Positions 58,327 through 64,000 of a stretch of DNA of 64,000 nucleotides are shown piece by piece. The stretch's first letter is position 1. Every line of letters starts with the position of its first letter. A model generated the notes under the pieces. The model searched no databases. It saw only the letters and a program-made list of their open reading frames with translations, and was not told where the DNA came from. The stretch lies in assembly GCA_037308085.1 (NCBI GenBank), contig CP147779.1, forward strand, positions 1,472,001 through 1,536,000, in the 5' to 3' direction. This DNA is from Promethearchaeati archaeon SRVP18_Atabeyarchaeia-1 (GTDB lineage: Archaea; Asgardarchaeota; Atabeyarchaeia; Atabeyarchaeales; Atabeyarchaeaceae). Made by a program: the position numbers and the translations under genes.

Positions 58327-59112
58327 CTAGTATCTGGATCTGAGTTCTATTACTATCCTATTGGATTCCTCAGCATATCTCAAGGCAAGTTGGGAAACCC
58401 TATCTCTGTCGCATTGCGAACCTCTTCGACACGAGTAGAAGGGTTCATAGAATACTCTCGAACCTCTGCAGCACTGCCTAACCTCAGAGTTGGGAATTCT
58501 TAGGATCTGGCTGACTCCACTGTGATGACGTGGCCTTCCGGGATACGTCTCCCCACTTGACCTGGCTAGGAGTTCTTCTATCTCGCTAACCATTAAGAAG
58601 CAGTCAAGGGGTGGTTTGACATTCTCATCTACCATAAGGTAGTATGCGCTTCTCCAATACTGGCGGAACCTCGCGAGCTGGTTTATGTCTCTCTCTCCAA
58701 ATTCGAAGAAATCCTTAGCCCTGTTGCGCTTCGTCTGCACTGCTGTGACTCCCCTAGTGACGCGGCTTACTTCCTTCGAAATGAAAAAGTCAGCTCCTGT
58801 AAGTCTTTCTCCCCGGCCTGGGTGGAATATCCGTTTGCTGACTGTCACCCCACTAGTTTCGAATTTCCAAATTGGCTCCAGCCCTGCATCTCCTTGCAGG
58901 TAATCCTGCCTAGGCACGGTTCCAATCTGAGCCGCTTGTATAATAACTTGCCTGAATATGTGTTGCGACTCATCTGGCATTGCCTTATTAAATGCCGCAA
59001 ACCCAGTAACGAAGTGTTTAATGTCGCTGACAACACCTTCATTATCGCGTTTGAACTCGGATATCTTACGGTCTTCTACATCATGGAAAACGTTCTTTCG
59101 GTCTGCGTCCAA
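58327..59112 (-). CDS. Putative PD-(D/E)xK nuclease (QxK variant)
   Basis: GERLTGADFFI...AVQTKR. Confidence 0.5.
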   Translation of the reverse strand: MDADRKNVFHDVEDRKISEFKRDNEGVVSDIKHFVTGFAAFNKAMPDESQHIFRQVIIQAAQIGTVPRQDYLQGDAGLEPIWKFETSGVTVSKRIFHPGRGERLTGADFFISKEVSRVTRGVTAVQTKRNRAKDFFEFGERDINQLARFRQYWRSAYYLMVDENVKPPLDCFLMVSEIEELLARSSGETYPGRPRHHSGVSQILRIPNSEVRQCCRGSRVFYEPFYSCRRGSQCDRDRVSQLALRYAEESNRIVIELRSRY

Positions 59113-59746
59113 TTAGATCAATTCTCCATTTTATTTTTCACCTATTATTAAACGCTGCTTGACTTGAATTGTTCGATATGAATCGCACGATTATACGTCG
59201 TACTTCGGAAAATTAGTATTCCTCTTGGATTTCAGTCTTGCTACTTCTGGTGATAGGATCCTTGGATTTTTGCTTTGACGTAGAGCCTACCTGGAGTCAC
59301 TTCCAGATCAATGTCTCCACGAAGTAACACCTTCGCTTGGAGAAAAGGGTAACGCGTAGCGCCATTCTCACTAGGCATCATTCTGACAAATTAGCTGCAA
59401 GCTGAGAATACCTATTATTCCTTTTCTTTGCTGTTTTTCTTAGTGACGGAAGCCGTGCCCATAGCTAATCCAAGTCTTTTGATAGCTTGTACCACTGTAC
59501 CAGTCCTCCCCATTGTGGCATTCCAGATACGTTCGGATATACAAGTGATATGTTGGTCAATTCGTCATCACATTTGAGGCAGGCTCTTGCTGATCTGAGC
59601 ATTTTATTCTCCCTCCACAATTGAGTGAGTTATTGACGAAGGAATACTTCAATTCTCTCCCAAGGCTATCGAAAGTAATAAGTTTAGGAATCATGATCTA
59701 AGTAACCATAGGGATCAAGGATTTTTCGTGCTTGGGAGGGACGCTG

Positions 59747-61720
59747 ATGTATCTCAAGAAAGTGACTATTCGTAACTATGGAAGCTTGAAAGACGTATCT
59801 TTCGACGGGGCACCGTTTCTCATATTCATAGGCCCGAATGGTGCTGGCAAGTCCTTGATCTTTGAAGCTCTACACAAATTCTTTAGTGAATTCTCCTTAA
59901 CTGGAGGGCACTCGCCTGCACCAGACCTTCTATGGTACAGAAGAAACAAGGATCTTCCTATAGAATTTGAGGTCTCAATAGAAGCCAGTGACGTGGAGAT
60001 TAAGGAACTGATGCATCTTGATGACAAGTATGCGGAGATCTTGAAGCAGGCCCCACCCGAATATGGTCGCATTGAAATCAAGAGGGTGCTGTTCCCAAGC
60101 GGAGTGTGGTTGACGAAAGAAGTCCTCTGGGCTGGATCGGCTTTGGTCAAGGAAGACGCTGTTGTGACCGACGGGATACTGTCCATTCTCATACCTAGAC
60201 TTTACCCAGATATTCAGTCCTACTATAAGATGTACTCATTTCAAGAGAAGCTCTCTCCGGATGTCACCAAGACAGACACATTGATTGTGGACCTCAAAAG
60301 CAAGAAAGCTTATGGACCTGATCGCGTGTTCGATGAGTTGACTGGAATTGGATTGATATCTCAGTCCGGGGCGAAAATTGATGAGAACAGAGAACAGTGG
60401 ATAAGAAAGAATGGATACGCTTTCTCTCAATCACCTCCTGAAGAAGCTGGAAAGATCTCGCGATTTATCTCAGATTTGAGGCCTAGGAACGGTGAATCAC
60501 TGTCAGGATTGAAGACAATGTTCAAGTTTCTGCCGGCTTCCAGGGATATGAAGGCAACATCTGGCTCACGCGAATCTCTGCTGGATGGCGACACTTTGAG
60601 GAGGATGACAGATCTATCCTTTGATGAAGATACAAACGCGGAACAAAAGTGGGAAAGATACAGAAACATTGTAAGAGAAACTCTTGACTTGCAGCTTGAT
60701 CACAGCAAGACCGAGCTCAAGATAAAGGAGAACGGTCTGGGCCTCCCACCGAGTCATATTGGTGGCGGAGAGCAATCAGTGCTCGGGCTTATTTGGGAAA
60801 CTCTTGACGCAAATGGTATCATTGGGATCGAGGAACCGGAAAACCATTTGCACCCAAAGTTGCAGAGAAGAGTGCTTGAGCATTTCGTGCGCTTATCTGA
60901 GAGAATGCAGGTTGTCGTGAGCACTCACAGTCCCATTTTTGTTTCGCGATCTGACATAAGAGGAGTCTATGCCGTTTCCAAGGACAGCGAAGGGAGGACA
61001 AATTTAGCACAATTGACAGACCAAAATGTGTACACACTTATTGATGAATTGGGCGTAAGGGCAAGCGACGCATTCGACTTCGACGTAATCGTCTTTGTTG
61101 AAGGTCAGACTGATGTCCACGTACTTGACGGGTTAAAACGTTCACTTCTTAGGAACCCACAAACCCGAATTGGTTTTGTGGAGGCGCAAGGATGGACAAA
61201 CATGGTTTACTACGCAAACGCAAGAATAGTGAAATCGATGAGACCTCCGAGACCTGTCTTCATAATCTTCGACGGTGACACGGACAAGAAACAGAGAAAT
61301 AAGGAGATAAAGGATCGCGTTATGAAGGATCTCGACATACCTGAGGAAAACATCATTACACTGAAGAAGAACTGTATAGAAGCTTACTTACTAGTTCCAG
61401 AAGCCATCAAGAAGGCCTATCCAAGGATCAGATATTCAACAGAACAGATTGCCAGAATAATCGAAGATCATGAGGGAACTCAGAACAAGAAGAAAGTCCT
61501 GTCAGAAATCCTTGCAGGTGGGAACGCGGGTTCCTATGATCTAGAAAAAGCGAGAAGGATTACTGAATCAATTCCGCCGGACAAGATTGACGGAAATATA
61601 AAGGAGGCATTCGAACAGATCGAAGGAGCACAGATTCGAATTGGATCTTACAACAAGCCTATTAGGACCTCTGACAAGGAAGAACCACCGCTACCGAATG
61701 ACTCCAAAACCCGCAAGTGA
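59747..61720 (+). CDS. OLD-family ATP-dependent nuclease (ABC ATPase + TOPRIM)
   Basis: IGPNGAGKS, IGGGEQ, IEEPENHLHP, STHSP; TOPRIM VFVEGQTD...IFDGD...CIEAYL. Confidence 0.88.
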   Translation: MYLKKVTIRNYGSLKDVSFDGAPFLIFIGPNGAGKSLIFEALHKFFSEFSLTGGHSPAPDLLWYRRNKDLPIEFEVSIEASDVEIKELMHLDDKYAEILKQAPPEYGRIEIKRVLFPSGVWLTKEVLWAGSALVKEDAVVTDGILSILIPRLYPDIQSYYKMYSFQEKLSPDVTKTDTLIVDLKSKKAYGPDRVFDELTGIGLISQSGAKIDENREQWIRKNGYAFSQSPPEEAGKISRFISDLRPRNGESLSGLKTMFKFLPASRDMKATSGSRESLLDGDTLRRMTDLSFDEDTNAEQKWERYRNIVRETLDLQLDHSKTELKIKENGLGLPPSHIGGGEQSVLGLIWETLDANGIIGIEEPENHLHPKLQRRVLEHFVRLSERMQVVVSTHSPIFVSRSDIRGVYAVSKDSEGRTNLAQLTDQNVYTLIDELGVRASDAFDFDVIVFVEGQTDVHVLDGLKRSLLRNPQTRIGFVEAQGWTNMVYYANARIVKSMRPPRPVFIIFDGDTDKKQRNKEIKDRVMKDLDIPEENIITLKKNCIEAYLLVPEAIKKAYPRIRYSTEQIARIIEDHEGTQNKKKVLSEILAGGNAGSYDLEKARRITESIPPDKIDGNIKEAFEQIEGAQIRIGSYNKPIRTSDKEEPPLPNDSKTRK

Positions 61721-62246
61721 GACACTCTGGTTAAGTGTAACACCTCACAGAATTGCTGCCATGAGTTGGCTTGGCGCTCACGACGCGAAGGTTGGGCGTC
61801 TCGCCAAGCAGGTGGAGCTATTCGATAAGAAAGAGAAGAGGCCCCGCAGTGATGCTATCGAACGCGAGCGCGCTAAGCGGCATCGAATAGAGGTAAGAGA
61901 TTTTGGCTCCGAATTAATATAGCTGGCTTCGTTTTAGAAGCATGTCTGGAACAGTCAAATTGGAACATAACTGGAATTCTGGTCTAATGGAAGCAAACAT
62001 CCTCTAGGGAACGGGAGAGCGCGAAAGCTATTAATATCTATAAGACCTAACTTCAGGCGATCGAACCGCGTACGGAGGGGCGACAACCGCCAGAACTCTG
62101 GCTTTCGGAGGGGCAAACTGGTTTCTAGTTTCTTTACATCTTTGAAGGGGGGGGGGTCCTAACGATCGGCGCTGTTCCTACGGCGCCTGCCTGAAGTGAC
62201 TCGGTTGGGAAGATGGAAGGTCTTGTAACTTCTGGGGGTTAAGATC

Positions 62247-63635
62247 TTGTGGGAAAAACCTGTGTACAGATTCAGAGTTCCTACTAAGGAAGAGTCTGAT
62301 GAGCTACAAGAGATTGTGCTCGATGTAACTGGTTCTGCGCCACCATTCACCGATGTGAAAGATACAATGAAAGGCGTTTTCGAGAAGCTATTGTCGGAAG
62401 AGGGTAGGCGTGCTACTAGTGTTTTGGATTTCGGGGCAGCCAAATTGAGAAATACTCTCTACTTTCTGAATAAGGGCAAGAAGGTCTGCGCAGTAGAATT
62501 CGAAGAACTTCCCAAAAGATCAGAGGATGCCAGGATGATTCTTGAAGAATGCCAGAAGAATGTGAATTTTGAAAGTCTGGTGTTTCCACACCCGTTCATA
62601 GAACATGATGGAAGATATGATTTGGTTTTGTTAATCAATGTAATTCCTGTCATGCCAGTTTTTGCGGAAAGGCTCCTCGTTCTTCAGATTCTGTATGAGA
62701 AGGTGAATGACGGAAAATACGTTTTGTGGTATGCACAAAAGGAGGGCTCTTCATACAAGAGAATTCGAGAAGCTGGAGAAAATGATCTGGGCGATGGAAT
62801 ATGGATGGGTACCACCAGAAGATTCAAGACATTCTACAAGTATCACGCAGTTGAAGATGTTGATGAAATGATGTCTTTAGCTGGTTTTGAATTCATTAAG
62901 AAATTCGCAGGGAAGGGGAATGACGTAAGGCTGTATCAGAAGACTGAGCACAACATTTTCAAAGGCGTAATTGAACAGGAAAACGTCGCTGAAACTATAC
63001 CCACAGATTTAACGATTAAAGATCCGGAGGATGCAGAACTAAAGGTGATAAAAGGTGGTCGCGGAGTCATGGAAATCATCCCAAACCCTTCTTCTTTGTC
63101 CTTAGAGAACCTATACAAAAAAGCACTCGTACAAGTGGCGCCTGGGCCTGAAAATGCGGAAAGATACCACAGACTGGTCTCCCGAATAGTCTACCGCGTT
63201 TTCAGAGGATCCCTAAGAAATATGAAAATCAAACAGGAAATGAATGAGGGCCTAAAGGTAATCGATACTGTCTATTTGAACAACGCGGAGACAGGGTTCT
63301 TTGCCAAGTTGGCAAGGAATTTTCAAATCAAATGTCCCTACATAATAGCTGAGGCAAAGAACTATAGCGTCGATCCGAAAAACCCAGAATTTGACCAATT
63401 AGCAGGTAGATTGAATAATGATGTCGGTAAATTTGGTATTCTAGTCAGTAGAAACATTGAAGACGTTGAAGCTGCTGAACGAAGATGCCAAAGCTACTTG
63501 AGTGATGGCAAATACGTGATTTTCTTCGTCGACGCAGATTTAACGAACTTGCTGGAACTGTACCAAGATGGAGATACTGAGGGAATAGGCGATTTCATGG
63601 ATGGGAAGCTAAGACCTTTGGTTTTCAGGTCATAA
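62247..63635 (+). CDS. Class I SAM-methyltransferase-like domain fused to a restriction-endonuclease-like domain
   Basis: VLDFGAAKLRN...YDLVLLINVI; C-terminal EGLKVIDTV...IIAEAKNY...DQLAGRL...FGILVSR. Confidence 0.7.
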   Translation: MWEKPVYRFRVPTKEESDELQEIVLDVTGSAPPFTDVKDTMKGVFEKLLSEEGRRATSVLDFGAAKLRNTLYFLNKGKKVCAVEFEELPKRSEDARMILEECQKNVNFESLVFPHPFIEHDGRYDLVLLINVIPVMPVFAERLLVLQILYEKVNDGKYVLWYAQKEGSSYKRIREAGENDLGDGIWMGTTRRFKTFYKYHAVEDVDEMMSLAGFEFIKKFAGKGNDVRLYQKTEHNIFKGVIEQENVAETIPTDLTIKDPEDAELKVIKGGRGVMEIIPNPSSLSLENLYKKALVQVAPGPENAERYHRLVSRIVYRVFRGSLRNMKIKQEMNEGLKVIDTVYLNNAETGFFAKLARNFQIKCPYIIAEAKNYSVDPKNPEFDQLAGRLNNDVGKFGILVSRNIEDVEAAERRCQSYLSDGKYVIFFVDADLTNLLELYQDGDTEGIGDFMDGKLRPLVFRS

Positions 63636-64000
63636 CGCTACTTGTTGAATCAATGAGAATGTGTGCGAGGAGACCCTGCCTCAATTTGTCACCGTAGACG
63701 GATTCCAAGGAGTCTCCCCTTTCTCTGTTTATCTGATTCATGGCTTCTATTCATCTCTGCATAAGATACAAGGCTGGATTCAACGGCTCCTAAGTCTTTT
63801 CTGTCTCATCGAAACTTTCAAAACCGTTGGCATGATCATACTGTATCACAGTCGCGAATGGGGGAGGGTAAACAAAAGTCGAGGGTGTTGGATAGACCCA
63901 AGCTCAGACGTGTATTTTCCATCTATGAAGACATGAGCGGGTGAATATTCCATCCGGGGCGAGACTATGAAGCCGGAGATCATCTTCTTGGGGATCGCGA

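Noticed and set aside
59113-59731. Short - strand ORFs (e.g. MLRSARACLKC...) between the nuclease and OLD genes
   Set aside because: Under 50 aa, broken by stops, no recognisable family; may be a decayed gene.
63636-64000. Possible gene fragments at the right edge
   Set aside because: No recognisable motif in the frames I read; cannot be supported without flanking sequence.
1-64000. tRNA or rRNA genes
   Set aside because: No cloverleaf/T-loop or rRNA signature noticed by eye; tRNAscan-SE or Infernal would be needed to exclude them.

Overview
This 64 kb window looks like the chromosome of an Asgard archaeon. That is an inference from an Arf-type small GTPase facing a uDENN/longin-like gene, a membrane-anchored longin domain, KaiC/RAD55 ATPases, archaeal TATA-like promoters and frequent TTG/GTG starts. 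Housekeeping and metabolic genes are uvrB (carrying a 528-aa LAGLIDADG intein in Walker A), uvrC, adk, AOR, thiolase, acyl-CoA dehydrogenase, enoyl-CoA hydratase, 4-hydroxybutyryl-CoA dehydratase and an MgtA-type P-ATPase. Accessory content is a nucleotidyltransferase/HEPN/GNAT cluster (3.9-7.5 kb), three large surface proteins, an intact IS607 (tnpA+tnpB), a second non-autonomous tnpB element inserted in an alkZ/ycaQ pseudogene, an IS6-like MITE splitting a YdeI/OmpD gene, and a defence-like island at 57-64 kb (HhH glycosylase-like, PD-(D/E)xK nuclease, OLD ATPase-TOPRIM, methyltransferase-nuclease fusion). The best candidate for an undescribed system is a single-pass receptor (ectodomain-TM-longin-KaiC-like) whose 3' end overlaps a convergent, intact KaiC ATPase gene, lying near a paralogous surface protein and the GTPase/uDENN pair. 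The second candidate is a probably nuclease-dead TnpB whose IS607-type ends are reversed relative to the canonical IS607 in the same window. All calls come from reading motifs by eye; no database searches or folding computations were run.
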